This document shows positions 37,721-47,400 of a stretch of DNA of 64,000 nt, piece by piece; the stretch's first letter is position 1, and every line of letters starts with the position of its first letter. The stretch is from Candidatus Saccharimonadales bacterium (GTDB taxonomy: Bacteria; Patescibacteriota; Saccharimonadia; UBA4664; SCTI01), in NCBI GenBank assembly GCA_035479795.1, contig DATIII010000002.1, positions 84,034 to 148,033 on the forward strand. Direction: 5' to 3'. The notes under the pieces were generated by a model. It ran no database searches. It worked only from the letters and a program-made list of their open reading frames with translations, and was not told the DNA's origin. The translations under genes and the position numbers were made by a program.

Positions 37721-39028
37721 TTACTTTTTGCGGCGTAGGAAGGCAGGTATGTCCAAATCATCCTGCTCCAACCCCAGAGCAGAGTCCATGACCGGCATGA
37801 CCTTTGGCTTCTCGTCCGGCTTTGGTTGGTTTTTTGGCTCAGCATCAGGCTCAATCGAGCTGACGCTTGGGCGCACGGGCTCATCGAAAACCGATAAGTC
37901 ACCACCTGTATCGATCGGCTCGTCAATAAATGGCCCACTCGCAAATCGATTAGCCACCGGGAGACTTTCTGGCTTTTCCAAAACTTCATCCTCAAAGCTA
38001 CTGAAGCCCGGTTCCGCCACCACCGCCTCACGACGAACAGCACTGTGGCTAAAGATCGGTCGTTGTGCTCGGCGTTCGCCGTCAAAACCGGTGGCCACCA
38101 CCGTAATCTTGATATCATCATCCATCGTCTCATCGAGCACGGCACCAAATATGATGTTAGCGCTGGGATCAACCGCTTCAGTAATAACTTTGGCTGCCTC
38201 ATCAATCTCGTGCATGCTCATATTGCGGCCACCAGTGATATTGAACAGTACCCCCTTGGCACCATCGATTGAGACCTCTAGTAGAGGTGAGTCAATCGCC
38301 TGTTTGGCGGCTTCAACAGCTCGATTCTCACCCTTGGCCCGACCGATGCCCATCAGAGCTGAACCAGCGTCTTGCATGATCGACTTAACATCGGCGAAAT
38401 CTAGGTTAATCAAACCGTGAACGGTAATTAGATCGGAAACACCTTGAACACCCTGCTGCAGTACATCATCTACGACCTTAAAGGCGTCAAGCAGACTGGT
38501 TTTGCGATCAATCATTTCTAGAAGCTTGTCATTCGGCACGGTAATTAAAGTGTCAACGTTCCCCTTTAGCTCCTCAATCCCGCGGTCAGCGCTGGACATC
38601 CGGCGTTCGCCTTCAAAACTAAACGGCTTGGTTACAATGCCGATGACTAGCGAGCCGGCCTCCCGAGCTGCCGCTGCAATCAGTGGAGCTGCTCCCGTAC
38701 CGGTTCCGCCACCCAAACCAGCGGTTATAAAGACCATGTCGGCCCCCCGCAGCATCTTGGTAAGATCTTGTTCACTTTCCTCGGCCGCCCGCCGGCCAAT
38801 CTCTGGATCGGCTCCAGCACCCAAGCCCCTGGTTAGGGTCTGTCCGATGTGGACTTTTTGAGTGGCATGGGAATGATGCAGCGACTGAGCATCTGTATTG
38901 ACCGCTACAAACTCAATGCCATGCACCTTAGATTTGACCATTCTTTCGACGGCTGCAGTGCCGCCGCCGCCCACACCTACCACTTTAATACGGGCAAATG
39001 TTTGTATTTCCGGTAAAACTTCAGCCAT
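37721..39028 (-). CDS. ftsZ: Cell division GTPase FtsZ
   Basis: GGGTGTG tubulin signature and a long Pro/Glu-rich C-terminal linker. AAGGAG RBS. Confidence 0.95.
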   Translation of the reverse strand: MAEVLPEIQTFARIKVVGVGGGGTAAVERMVKSKVHGIEFVAVNTDAQSLHHSHATQKVHIGQTLTRGLGAGADPEIGRRAAEESEQDLTKMLRGADMVFITAGLGGGTGTGAAPLIAAAAREAGSLVIGIVTKPFSFEGERRMSSADRGIEELKGNVDTLITVPNDKLLEMIDRKTSLLDAFKVVDDVLQQGVQGVSDLITVHGLINLDFADVKSIMQDAGSALMGIGRAKGENRAVEAAKQAIDSPLLEVSIDGAKGVLFNITGGRNMSMHEIDEAAKVITEAVDPSANIIFGAVLDETMDDDIKITVVATGFDGERRAQRPIFSHSAVRREAVVAEPGFSSFEDEVLEKPESLPVANRFASGPFIDEPIDTGGDLSVFDEPVRPSVSSIEPDAEPKNQPKPDEKPKVMPVMDSALGLEQDDLDIPAFLRRKK

Positions 39029-39232
39029 CTTGATAATTACTCCTTACCATATCTGGAACGTCGAAAACGACGTCACTGCCCCAGTTTAGCTATAGCATTT
39101 TTATATTGCAAATTATTTATTCACAGGCTTTTACACAGACATTTCGAACACATTTTTTATACTTAAACCTGGCGGATCGGGTGTTTTATGCTTACGCTAG
39201 GCAGTTGCAAGATGTGTATTCAGAAAAGTTAC

Positions 39233-39261
39233 ACACAAAAAAGGCCTAATTCTTAGGCCTC
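39233..39261 (-). terminator. Intrinsic terminator of ftsA
   Basis: AGGCCUAAGAAUUAGGCCU followed by UUUUUUG on the minus-strand RNA. Confidence 0.7.
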
Positions 39262-39282
39262 CGAACAAAATGTTTGTTTGAT

Positions 39283-40575
39283 TTAGGGCAGAAACTTTTT
39301 AATGGACTTTCTAAGTCGGTCAACGGTCTGTCCAATTCTAACGTTGGCCTTGTCAGCGGTGTGTAGCGGGGCCACTGTCATATTCTCTAGCATCAGCCCG
39401 ACTGGGGCCGCATAGGCGGGATCACTAACCTTCTCGCTTAGGCCACTCAAGCCCTCTGGCCTCCCGATTAGCACTGGTAGCTTCAATAAATCCTTAGCTA
39501 CATCCTCGATGCCAGGTAAATTAGCGCCGCCACCGGTTAAGACCACCCCTCCCGGGAGCATCCCGTCCTTGCCAATCTTCTTAAACTCACTTCGCACCAT
39601 ATGCAAAATTTCTTCCAGTCGGGCCCTGGCAATACCATAGAGATCCTTCTTAGCCACCACCGACTCATTACCCAATTCCTCGATTTTGAGCTTTTCGTTG
39701 GGATTAACCTTAGCCGTCGTGGCTTTAACGTATTTGAGCTTAATCTTTTCCGCCACTTCGATATCCGTCCGCAGACCAATGGCGATATCGTTAGTAATAT
39801 GCATAGCGCCAACCGGTAGAATACTCGAGTACAGGACCTCCCCCTCCTCGTACACGGCTACCCCAGTAGTGCCACCGCCGATATCGACAACCGCCACGCC
39901 GAGCTCCTTCTGCTTCTTGGTTAATACCGCACTAGCGGCCGCCAACGGGACCAACACTTGGCTTTCAACATCAATACCAGCCTGATAAATGCTGCGGTGG
40001 AGGTTTTTGATAGCCGGAGTAGAGCCAGTCACAATATGAGCTTCCACCTCGAGCTTAATGCCGTTCATGCCCACGGGGTCCTTGATGTTATCCTGACCAT
40101 CTACCGTAAATGAGCGTGGGAAGACCTGGATAATCTCACGATTAGGCGGCAGCTGGACGGTTGAAGCATGCTCCTCGGCGCGCCGGATATCATCAATGGA
40201 TATTTCCTGATCCGCCCGGCCAACCACAATCTCACCTTTGGAATTAATACTTTCCACGTGAGCTCCATCAATGCTGATTGTGGCTCGATCGATTGGTACC
40301 CCCGAGATGCGCTCGGCCTCATCGACGGCCGCCGTTATAGCCGAAACTGTTTCTTCAATGTCGACCACCACACCTTTACGCATACCACTAGTGGGCGCCA
40401 CGCCGACACCGATTACGCTTGGCTGAGCCGCATCTTCTTCCTGCAAACCAACAATGCAGCACACTTTAGTACTGCCAATATCGAGACCTATATAAACATT
40501 TTCTGCTCTGTTGGTTGCCAAAAGATTTCTCTGATTCGTCACCTTATTATAGTGCTTGTGCTCTTCTAAAGGCAA
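39283..40575 (-). CDS. ftsA: Cell division protein FtsA
   Basis: Actin-fold motifs GLDIGSTKV and VVDIGGGTTGVAV. Confidence 0.9.
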   Translation of the reverse strand: MPLEEHKHYNKVTNQRNLLATNRAENVYIGLDIGSTKVCCIVGLQEEDAAQPSVIGVGVAPTSGMRKGVVVDIEETVSAITAAVDEAERISGVPIDRATISIDGAHVESINSKGEIVVGRADQEISIDDIRRAEEHASTVQLPPNREIIQVFPRSFTVDGQDNIKDPVGMNGIKLEVEAHIVTGSTPAIKNLHRSIYQAGIDVESQVLVPLAAASAVLTKKQKELGVAVVDIGGGTTGVAVYEEGEVLYSSILPVGAMHITNDIAIGLRTDIEVAEKIKLKYVKATTAKVNPNEKLKIEELGNESVVAKKDLYGIARARLEEILHMVRSEFKKIGKDGMLPGGVVLTGGGANLPGIEDVAKDLLKLPVLIGRPEGLSGLSEKVSDPAYAAPVGLMLENMTVAPLHTADKANVRIGQTVDRLRKSIKKFLP

Positions 40576-40577
40576 CC

Positions 40578-41327
40578 TTAGGCGGTTAGGATCTCGGCCG
40601 GACCATCAGTGATTAATACAGTATGTTCGAACTGGGCAGCCAAGCTGCCATCAACAGTGGCATAGGTCCAGCCATCATCAGCCAAGCGCACACGGGGTGA
40701 CCCTAGGGTAGCCATTGGCTCAATGGCTAAGGTCATGCCAGCTTTTAATACCGGTCCAGTGCCAGCGCGACCCAGGTTTGGGATCACTGGATCCTCATGT
40801 AGGCTATGGCCGACACCGTGGCCAATAAGTTCTTCGATTACTCCGAGCCGGCCTTGCCGCAGCACCTTCTCAATGGCTGCCGATATATCACCTACCCGAT
40901 TGCCAGCCGTAGCCTGGGCAATTCCCGCCGACAGGGCCTGGTTGGTTGTGCTTAGTAGCCGCTCTGCGTCGGCGTCCACTGCGCCCACCGGAACAGTCAC
41001 AGTGCCGTCGGTAATCATGCCTTTAAAGGTCACCCCAAAATCCAGACCTACAATGTCACCTTCGGCCAAGACACGGGTCCTGGATGGCAGGCCATGGACC
41101 ACCTCATCATTTATGGAAATACAGATTGTGAATGGGAACCCCTGGTAGCCTTTAAAGGCCGCCTCAGCACCGGCCGCCGCCACTGCCTGGGCCGCCACCG
41201 TATCCAGTTCGGCAGTGGTTACCCCGGGTTTGACAGCCGCTGCAACCTCACGCAAAACCTTAGCTAAAATCTGCCCCCCCTGGCGCATGGCCGCGATCTC
41301 GGTGGCATTTTTAATGGAGACACTCAT
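40578..41327 (-). CDS. map: Methionine aminopeptidase type I
   Basis: 249 aa with the pita-bread fold metal ligand pattern. Confidence 0.92.
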   Translation of the reverse strand: MSVSIKNATEIAAMRQGGQILAKVLREVAAAVKPGVTTAELDTVAAQAVAAAGAEAAFKGYQGFPFTICISINDEVVHGLPSRTRVLAEGDIVGLDFGVTFKGMITDGTVTVPVGAVDADAERLLSTTNQALSAGIAQATAGNRVGDISAAIEKVLRQGRLGVIEELIGHGVGHSLHEDPVIPNLGRAGTGPVLKAGMTLAIEPMATLGSPRVRLADDGWTYATVDGSLAAQFEHTVLITDGPAEILTA

Positions 41328-41851
41328 AGCGTCGCCTCAAGCAGTTCAAAAACTTCATCTGGCGTTCCCGACCCATCAATTTGCATGAAAACCGGCTGAT
41401 AGTGTTTTAAGACTTGGGCAGTTTCGGTGTCATACCATCTCCGTTTGCGGGCCACGGCCTCAGCCGAATCATCAGCTCGACCACGATGGTCCAGTCGCTG
41501 CTGAGCCACTGCCGGCGGCACAAACACCTCTATAACCCGATCAATCTTGCGCCCGCCTTCGGCCAGCAAGGCGTCCAATCTTTGGGCCTCATTCAGTAAC
41601 CGTGGGAAGCCGTCCAGGACCAAGCCCTCATCAGCTTTGATCGTCCTTAGTTTGGTCGTTACTAGCTCCCAGATAATATCGGTTGGTGCCAAAGCCCCTT
41701 GCTTAACCGCCTCGATCAGCTCCGGCCGGCCGCTACCACGCAGCAGCTCGCCGCTAGAGACTCTCGTCCAACCCTTGGCCGCCGCCAGACGCTTAGCTTG
41801 GTCTGATTTACCGGCTCCGGTCGGCCCCAGTACGACAATTACTGGCGCCAT
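41324..41851 (-). CDS. adk: Adenylate kinase (short form)
   Basis: VLGPTGAGKSDQAK P-loop. 175 aa. Confidence 0.88.
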   Translation of the reverse strand: MAPVIVVLGPTGAGKSDQAKRLAAAKGWTRVSSGELLRGSGRPELIEAVKQGALAPTDIIWELVTTKLRTIKADEGLVLDGFPRLLNEAQRLDALLAEGGRKIDRVIEVFVPPAVAQQRLDHRGRADDSAEAVARKRRWYDTETAQVLKHYQPVFMQIDGSGTPDEVFELLEATL

Positions 41852-42210
41852 ACTACACCAAGTACATATGGATAAAAGACGGCCACGCCAATACCCACCG
41901 CACCAATGGCGGCCACCAACACAGCAGCAGCCGCAATATCTTTAATAACTCGAACTTGAGCATTCTCGTCGGGGTGCAACAGATCCAAAGTTTTCTCAAT
42001 AGCGGTGTTAACCACCTCGGCTACAAACACAATGATGATGGCAAAGAATATAGCCGCCAGCTCGGTGTTTGAAATACCCAAGATGACGCTGGCGGATAGC
42101 ACAATAATGGTGGCAAGTAAGTGAAAACGAGCATTACGCTCGGATTTCACAACATGAACTAGACCCTGGAAGGCAGTGTAGAGGCTACGGATAAACTTGA
42201 TTATTCCCAC
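41839..42210 (-). CDS. dgkA: Diacylglycerol/undecaprenol kinase family protein
   Basis: 123 aa, three transmembrane helices, EVVNTAIE motif. Confidence 0.8.
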   Translation of the reverse strand: MGIIKFIRSLYTAFQGLVHVVKSERNARFHLLATIIVLSASVILGISNTELAAIFFAIIIVFVAEVVNTAIEKTLDLLHPDENAQVRVIKDIAAAAVLVAAIGAVGIGVAVFYPYVLGVVWRQ

Positions 42211-42647
42211 TTAAAACTCCGATATTTAAACCCAGCTTGCTTTACGATCCGTCGCTGTAGCTGCTCCATCTCTTTTTGCCCAGGCTCATCTCCGTGGTCA
42301 TAGCCGAGAACATGCAGAATACCATGAGTGGCAAGCAGCGCTACTTCATCTTCCAGTTTTGCCTTCAGCCGAATGGCTTGCCGCCGGGCCGTCTCCAGAC
42401 TGATGGCGATATCCCCCAGCTCACCATCCGTTTCGCCATCTTCCTGGTAATTGAAACTGAGAACGTCAGTGGCATAAGCATTACCGGTATACTGCTTATT
42501 TAAGGCGGTAATTTGGGCGTCGTCAACCAACTTTAAACTGACATTGCCCTCTGGAACCTCAACCATACCCTGTAGGGCTGCCGCGCACCCTAAGACCGCT
42601 GATCGTATTTCATTATCCCAATGGTCAATAAAGGTAACTGTGAACAT
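42201..42647 (-). CDS. ybeY: rRNA maturation endoribonuclease YbeY
   Basis: HGILHVLGYDH zinc motif. Confidence 0.9.
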   Translation of the reverse strand: MFTVTFIDHWDNEIRSAVLGCAAALQGMVEVPEGNVSLKLVDDAQITALNKQYTGNAYATDVLSFNYQEDGETDGELGDIAISLETARRQAIRLKAKLEDEVALLATHGILHVLGYDHGDEPGQKEMEQLQRRIVKQAGFKYRSFKWE

Positions 42648-43090
42648 TAAGTCAGCTTGGCTCGAACCAAGCGAGAAACCGTACTGCCGTCGGCCGCGCC
42701 GCCAGCCTCTTTCATTACCGCACCAATCACCACACCTATCTGGGCCAAGCCGCTAGCACCGGTTTCGGCCACGACTTTGTCGACAAGGCTAGCTAGCTCT
42801 TCCTCACTCATTTGCTCGGGCAAATAAGATTCAATAATTGCCAACTCCTGCTGTTCGGCGTCGGCCAAATCACGCCGACCCCCCTTAGTGTATTGGTCGA
42901 TCGAATCCTTACGCTGTTTGGCCTCCCGTTGCAGAACCTTAATGGCCTCGTCGTCACTGAGATCGTGAGCCAGCTTCTTATTCTCGGCCTGCAAACTGTT
43001 TTTGATCAGACGCAATACAGACACCTGATCCGCCACACCATCTTTCATGGCAGTGGCTAGATCGGATTCAATTTGCGAGACGATGGGCAT
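42647..43090 (-). CDS. GatB/YqeY domain protein
   Basis: 147 aa with a YqeY-like helical domain. Confidence 0.8.
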   Translation of the reverse strand: MPIVSQIESDLATAMKDGVADQVSVLRLIKNSLQAENKKLAHDLSDDEAIKVLQREAKQRKDSIDQYTKGGRRDLADAEQQELAIIESYLPEQMSEEELASLVDKVVAETGASGLAQIGVVIGAVMKEAGGAADGSTVSRLVRAKLT

Positions 43091-43098
43091 TCAATTTC

Positions 43099-43317
43099 CT
43101 ATCGATATAAAGCAGCCTTGGCTTTGGCGGCTTTTCTAGCGGTTTTTCGAATAGCAATTTCGCGCTGTTCGCGCTTGGTCAGCGGCTTCTCAAAGGCGCG
43201 TTTGCGCCGAGCCACGCCCAAAACACCTGACTGCTGCACCTTCTTGTTAAAGCGGCGAATCAAGTTTTCGAGCGATTCTCTGTCGTCTTTGCGAGTAACC
43301 TGGAGCAGGTTAATCAC
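43099..43317 (-). CDS. rpsU: 30S ribosomal protein S21
   Basis: 72 aa, basic, RFNKKVQQSGVL...EKP. A GTG start directly abuts the AAGGAG sequence. Confidence 0.88.
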   Translation of the reverse strand: MINLLQVTRKDDRESLENLIRRFNKKVQQSGVLGVARRKRAFEKPLTKREQREIAIRKTARKAAKAKAALYR

Positions 43318-43404
43318 CTCCTTACCTAAAAATTGATCCGCTGCCGGAGCGGACCGGTTAGAACTTGGTTAGTATATCTGATTCACACCTGGGGCGCAAT
43401 AATT

Positions 43405-43710
43405 CTAACCTTTAAAGCGAGAGTCACTCATAACGTGAAAGTGAAGGTGGTCCATCTCGATACCCTGAATCAGAACCTTATTGGCTTCAACCAGACCCAG
43501 CGTTTTAATTACCTCCCGTACGGCCATGACCAACTGGCCGGCCAGATTCGGATCGTCCAGCGCATCCAGGTTCTTTATGTGCTGCTTGGGTATAACAAGT
43601 ACATGCAGCCTGGCCTTGGGATGAATATCCTTGAAGGCCACGGCCACGTCGTTTTCCCAAATCAGTTTATCTTTATCAGCCGCAAGTTTACAAAAAAGGC
43701 AATCTTCCAT
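43405..43710 (-). CDS. HIT (histidine triad) family protein
   Basis: HLHFHV histidine triad. 101 aa. Confidence 0.88.
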   Translation of the reverse strand: MEDCLFCKLAADKDKLIWENDVAVAFKDIHPKARLHVLVIPKQHIKNLDALDDPNLAGQLVMAVREVIKTLGLVEANKVLIQGIEMDHLHFHVMSDSRFKG

Positions 43711-43735
43711 GCCTTAAATTATGCCAAACAAGTGC

Positions 43736-43789
43736 GAAGCCCGCCATTCCTCTGTTTTCAAGAGGACTCGGTGAACCGAGTGGCGGGCT
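43736..43789 (-). other. Nested RNA structure: 10-bp outer stem enclosing two hairpins, between GC module 2 and HIT gene
   Basis: AAGCCCGCCA [CCTCTgttttcaAGAGG][ACTCGGtgaaCCGAGT] TGGCGGGCTT, read directly. Confidence 0.4.
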
Positions 43790-43830
43790 TTTGCAGCCTT
43801 CCGGCAATGGTGTCGGAAAGTTGTGGTGGG

Positions 43831-44118
43831 TCATGCAGCGAAGGGGGCGGACCGAAGCAGTTCGCAGGCTTCGTCGGCATGACCAGGAGCGGCGATGGCT
43901 CGCAGAACGGCGCTTTCGTCGGTAGAGATGGCGCCACGGATGTGACGCAGGCCGTGGTTACAAACCTGGTTCACCAGCTCCAGCTGGACCTTGTCGACCG
44001 TTTCCAGACGAGCCGTGTCGAGCGGGTTGACGATGCGCAGATCACGGACGATCGGGCGCTGATTGGTGCTTCCAGACATTGACCTTTTCCTTCCATGAAT
44101 CGGTCGTTTGTGGGACAC
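43831..44118 (-). CDS. Hypothetical 95-aa protein (GC-rich module 2; own promoter region and RBS GGAAGGAAAAGG)
   Basis: ORF with a strong RBS. High GC. I do not recognise a family. Confidence 0.45.
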   Translation of the reverse strand: MSHKRPIHGRKRSMSGSTNQRPIVRDLRIVNPLDTARLETVDKVQLELVNQVCNHGLRHIRGAISTDESAVLRAIAAPGHADEACELLRSAPFAA

Positions 44119-44184
44119 CTAAATTATCTTATAGCATAAGCGTTTTGTCGAGTTGTTTTCTCGAATAAATTATGTCGATGTAAC

Positions 44185-44219
44185 AAAAAGGCCCCAGCCG
44201 CCGAATGGCGGCCAGAGCC
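44185..44219 (-). terminator. Terminator after module-2 gene pair (13-bp stem with G-U pairs + U5)
   Basis: Minus-strand RNA forms GGCUCUGGCCGCC AUUC GGCGGCUGGGGCC followed by UUUUUG. Confidence 0.55.
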
Positions 44220-44240
44220 GATTTGGTGTGAGATTTTCAG

Positions 44241-44594
44241 CTAGGTGATGATCGCCCGCTGCCGGTTCGGCGCCCGCCGGATGACCGGCGGCTGGCGATC
44301 GGGCTGTGACATCTTCGGCGGTGTCACCGGCGCCTGCTCGCGGATGAACCGCCAGACGCACCTTATGGCAACGTAGAACACCGGATCCTTCGCCCTCCGG
44401 CAGCCCCGGTCGCCGTAGTTCAGCACCCGAATCTTCAGCCGATCGAAGTCACGATCTGCCACCAGCTGGCTGGCATCATGCGAGTCCTCGCCGAAGTGCT
44501 TGGCCAGGAAGATCATGCCCACACGGGCCAGATGCTCCTGACGGCGCAGTCGAGTGGTCAACTCGAGGCTGTAAGCCGGCTTGGACGCCTTCAC
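44241..44594 (-). CDS. Hypothetical 117-aa protein (module 2, GTG start overlapping upstream stop as GTGA)
   Basis: Translationally coupled to the upstream 78-aa ORF. Contains an RLRRQEH segment. Family unknown. Confidence 0.5.
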   Translation of the reverse strand: MKASKPAYSLELTTRLRRQEHLARVGMIFLAKHFGEDSHDASQLVADRDFDRLKIRVLNYGDRGCRRAKDPVFYVAIRCVWRFIREQAPVTPPKMSQPDRQPPVIRRAPNRQRAIIT

Positions 44595-44827
44595 GCCGCC
44601 ACCAGCTTCTTGGCTCGCCGGGCCTCCGCCTCCTGACGGTGGCGCCGGTCCCTGGCATCGCTGGCCTTCCGGCGAAACATGCGCTTGAGCGCCATCTTGT
44701 TGGGCAGGCAGCGGCTGTTCTGGATGTGGCGCAGGGCATTGTCCAGGTTCGCCGTATCTGCGAGCTGACTCTCAGTCAGGCCCAAGGCGGTGAGGATGCC
44801 ATCGAACTGCTCGTTAATTTTTGCCAT
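44591..44827 (-). CDS. Hypothetical 78-aa protein with basic C-terminal tail (module 2, first gene)
   Basis: GAGGAGAG RBS. Helical and acidic N-terminal half, Arg/Lys-rich C-terminus. Confidence 0.5.
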   Translation of the reverse strand: MAKINEQFDGILTALGLTESQLADTANLDNALRHIQNSRCLPNKMALKRMFRRKASDARDRRHRQEAEARRAKKLVAA

Positions 44828-44886
44828 CTCTCCTCAGAAATGGTCGCTGGATAGGGACTGGTCTCACACCATGTAAGACTTAAGGA

Positions 44887-44914
44887 TTATGGCCATAAAT
44901 GACAATTATGTCAA
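44887..44914 (-). promoter_or_regulatory. Sigma70-like promoter (TTGACA-16nt-CATAAT) driving module-2 operon
   Basis: Read on the minus strand. A ~55-nt leader runs to the RBS. Confidence 0.45.
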
Positions 44915-44920
44915 TATGAA

Positions 44921-44948
44921 TTATAAAAGTGCCTTAGCATAGGCACTT
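44921..44948 (-). terminator. Terminator hairpin after SPFH-membrane protein operon
   Basis: AAGUGCCU AUGCUA AGGCACUU followed by UUAUAAUUC on the minus-strand RNA. Confidence 0.5.
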
Positions 44949-45214
44949 TAACTGCTCGGCGTGGTGGCTTTTAGGCTATGAGTGAGATAAACAAAGAAAT
45001 TATAGATATCCATGACAAAGTGCCGTAATACCGGGATGATAAAGGGCAGCAGTACGATGACAATGATCAGAGCCAACCAGCTATGCCGTACCAATGCAAT
45101 CAAAGCGCCAATCAGTCCGATAAGCACAAATAAAGTGACTAGCCACTGCAGCGGCGCTGGGAAGAATCCCAGAAACTGGTTATAAGCACTGACTAGAAAG
45201 TCGTAGAGATTCAC
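44948..45214 (-). CDS. Small membrane protein (hypothetical; downstream partner of SPFH gene)
   Basis: 88 aa with 2-3 transmembrane helices. Confidence 0.5.
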   Translation of the reverse strand: MNLYDFLVSAYNQFLGFFPAPLQWLVTLFVLIGLIGALIALVRHSWLALIIVIVLLPFIIPVLRHFVMDIYNFFVYLTHSLKATTPSS

Positions 45215-45981
45215 TTAGCCGGCTTCTCCGATTCAACAAAGGCTTGGACACTTTTAAAGGTATCCATGAATTGATTCGGAAAGATTATGGTTGAGTTCTT
45301 TTCGACCGCGATTTCTGAGAGCACCTGCAAATTTCGCAGCTGCAAAGCAATTGGATGAGCTGCGATGATGTCGGCCGCCTGCCCAAGCTTGGCTGCACTT
45401 TGGAACTCACCATCGGCCGCAATCACCTTGGCTCGCTTTTCGCGTTCAGCCTCGGCTTGCTTGGCCATGGCCCGCTGCATGCTCTCGGGCAGCTGGATAT
45501 CCTTCAGCTCCACGACGTTAATAACTACACCCCAAACCTCGGTCTGGGAATCTAAAATCTTTTTAATACTCACATTAATTTTTTCAGTACTACTTAGCAC
45601 ATCGTCTAAATCTGATTGACCGATAACATTACGCACTGTTGTCTGAGCGATCTGATTAATAGCGATGGCCACATCTTGGATCTCTACCAGGGACTTAGTC
45701 GGATCGCTGACACGGTAGTAGGCCACGGCTGCCACGTCGATGGAAACATTATCTTTGGTAATGATATTCTGCGACTGGATGGGCATGGTTTGAATCCGCA
45801 TATTCACCTTTTTGAGCACGTCGATGATCGGGATGATCAAGCGCAGACCAGGCTGCTTAACCCCGCTCCGCACCCGCCCTAGACGAAACACCACTCCCCG
45901 CTCGTATTGCTGAACAATTCGTACGCCGGTGAGCAATATAATGATGACAATAAAAACCAGGAATTCCATCGCAGACCTCAC
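45211..45981 (-). CDS. SPFH/band-7 (stomatin/prohibitin-like) family protein
   Basis: N-terminal transmembrane segment, an SPFH domain, and a C-terminal coiled coil ([14 protein letters not shown]). Confidence 0.85.
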   Translation of the reverse strand: MRSAMEFLVFIVIIILLTGVRIVQQYERGVVFRLGRVRSGVKQPGLRLIIPIIDVLKKVNMRIQTMPIQSQNIITKDNVSIDVAAVAYYRVSDPTKSLVEIQDVAIAINQIAQTTVRNVIGQSDLDDVLSSTEKINVSIKKILDSQTEVWGVVINVVELKDIQLPESMQRAMAKQAEAEREKRAKVIAADGEFQSAAKLGQAADIIAAHPIALQLRNLQVLSEIAVEKNSTIIFPNQFMDTFKSVQAFVESEKPAK

Positions 45982-46027
45982 GGTTAACTGCTAGCTATTA
46001 TGCGCTTTCGCCAAGCCTAAGGCAAAA

Positions 46028-47299
46028 TTAGGAACTAAATCGCTGCTGCAATTCGGCGGCAATCGTCCCCAGGGGCAACATTTCCTGTGCTCCCGAGCGC
46101 ATATCGCGCAAGATAACGGTTTCCTCCTTGACCTCTTTTTGGCCAATGATAATGGCATAAGGCACGTCTAACTTGTTAGCGCGCTCGAGCTGTCCGCCAA
46201 TGCCATCTTTATCTACCGCCCCAACTACGCCCACACCAGCATCAAGCAAGCGCTCAATCAAGGCAAAAGCGCTCAGCCGAGCCGGCTCACCGAGGCTGGC
46301 CACATAAACCTGTACGGGTTGCGGTTCTGGGATTTCAATCCCCTCTCCTTTAAGCTCAATCAGCACCCGCTCAACCCCGATGCCAAAGCCGGCTGCCGGA
46401 GTAGGCCGCCCGCCCAGGAGCTGCACTAGCTCATCGTAGCGACCACCGCCACCCAAACTAGACTGAGCACCTTCGCGCTCGCCGTAAAATTCGAACACGG
46501 TCCTGGTATAGTAATCCAGGCCGCGAACCAGCTGCGGATTAAGCTCGTAGGCAATCTCCAAATTATCGAGATATTCCAATACGCCCGTAAAGTGTTGGTG
46601 ACAGGCCTCGCAAAGGTGGTTTAGCGTCTGTGGGGCTCCCGCCACTAGCTTGCGGCAACCCTTGTCTTTGCAGTCGAGGATGCGCAACGGGTTTTTCTTG
46701 AGCCGCTTCTGACAGTCTTCACACAGGTCTTTCTTATGCTCGGTAAAGTACTCCACCAGGGCCTTCTGATATTTGGGCCGGCAAACCTTATCACCAATAC
46801 TATTAATTTGCAGACTGACCCGGCGTAAACCAAGCGTTCGGTAATAACGCAGGGCTAGGGTGATGATCTGAGCGTCAATACTGGGAGCGGCCTCACCAAT
46901 AACTTCCACGTCCACCTGGGTAAACTGGCGCTGCCGGCCGGCCTGAGGGCGGTCATAGCGAAACATTGGCCCCGAAGTTTGTAGCCGCACTGGCTGGGGT
47001 AGGCTAGCCATGCCGTGCTGGATGTAAGCTCGGACTATCCCGGCCGTCGGCTCCGGACGCAGGGCCAAATCATTATCAGAACGGTCTTTGAGCACATACA
47101 TCTCTTTGTCGACGATGTCAGTATCATCCCCGACACCCCGGACAAACACGGCCTTATCTTCTAGCGTCGGCGTATCTATAACATCGTAACCAGCCGCATC
47201 TGCTAGTTGGCGAAAGGTGGTTATGGCATACCGATATCCGACCTGATCTTCTGGCAGGACATCCGGCATCCCTCTGACATTCTGGAATTGCTTAGCCAC
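46028..47299 (-). CDS. hisS: Histidyl-tRNA synthetase
   Basis: 423 aa with class II motifs, FRYDRPQAGRQRQF, and a C-terminal anticodon-binding domain. Confidence 0.92.
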   Translation of the reverse strand: MAKQFQNVRGMPDVLPEDQVGYRYAITTFRQLADAAGYDVIDTPTLEDKAVFVRGVGDDTDIVDKEMYVLKDRSDNDLALRPEPTAGIVRAYIQHGMASLPQPVRLQTSGPMFRYDRPQAGRQRQFTQVDVEVIGEAAPSIDAQIITLALRYYRTLGLRRVSLQINSIGDKVCRPKYQKALVEYFTEHKKDLCEDCQKRLKKNPLRILDCKDKGCRKLVAGAPQTLNHLCEACHQHFTGVLEYLDNLEIAYELNPQLVRGLDYYTRTVFEFYGEREGAQSSLGGGGRYDELVQLLGGRPTPAAGFGIGVERVLIELKGEGIEIPEPQPVQVYVASLGEPARLSAFALIERLLDAGVGVVGAVDKDGIGGQLERANKLDVPYAIIIGQKEVKEETVILRDMRSGAQEMLPLGTIAAELQQRFSS

Positions 47300-47400
47300 T
47301 AATCACCCACTTCATAAAACTTGTTCCAAGCTACCACGGCGACGCTTAGCGCGCAACCAATCGCTCATTTGATTTTTGAACACAAAACTTATACAAAAAT

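Noticed and set aside
43333-44082. 249-aa plus-strand ORF
   Set aside because: It runs antisense through the HIT gene, whose identity is secure from its HxHxH motif, and through the module-2 95-aa ORF.
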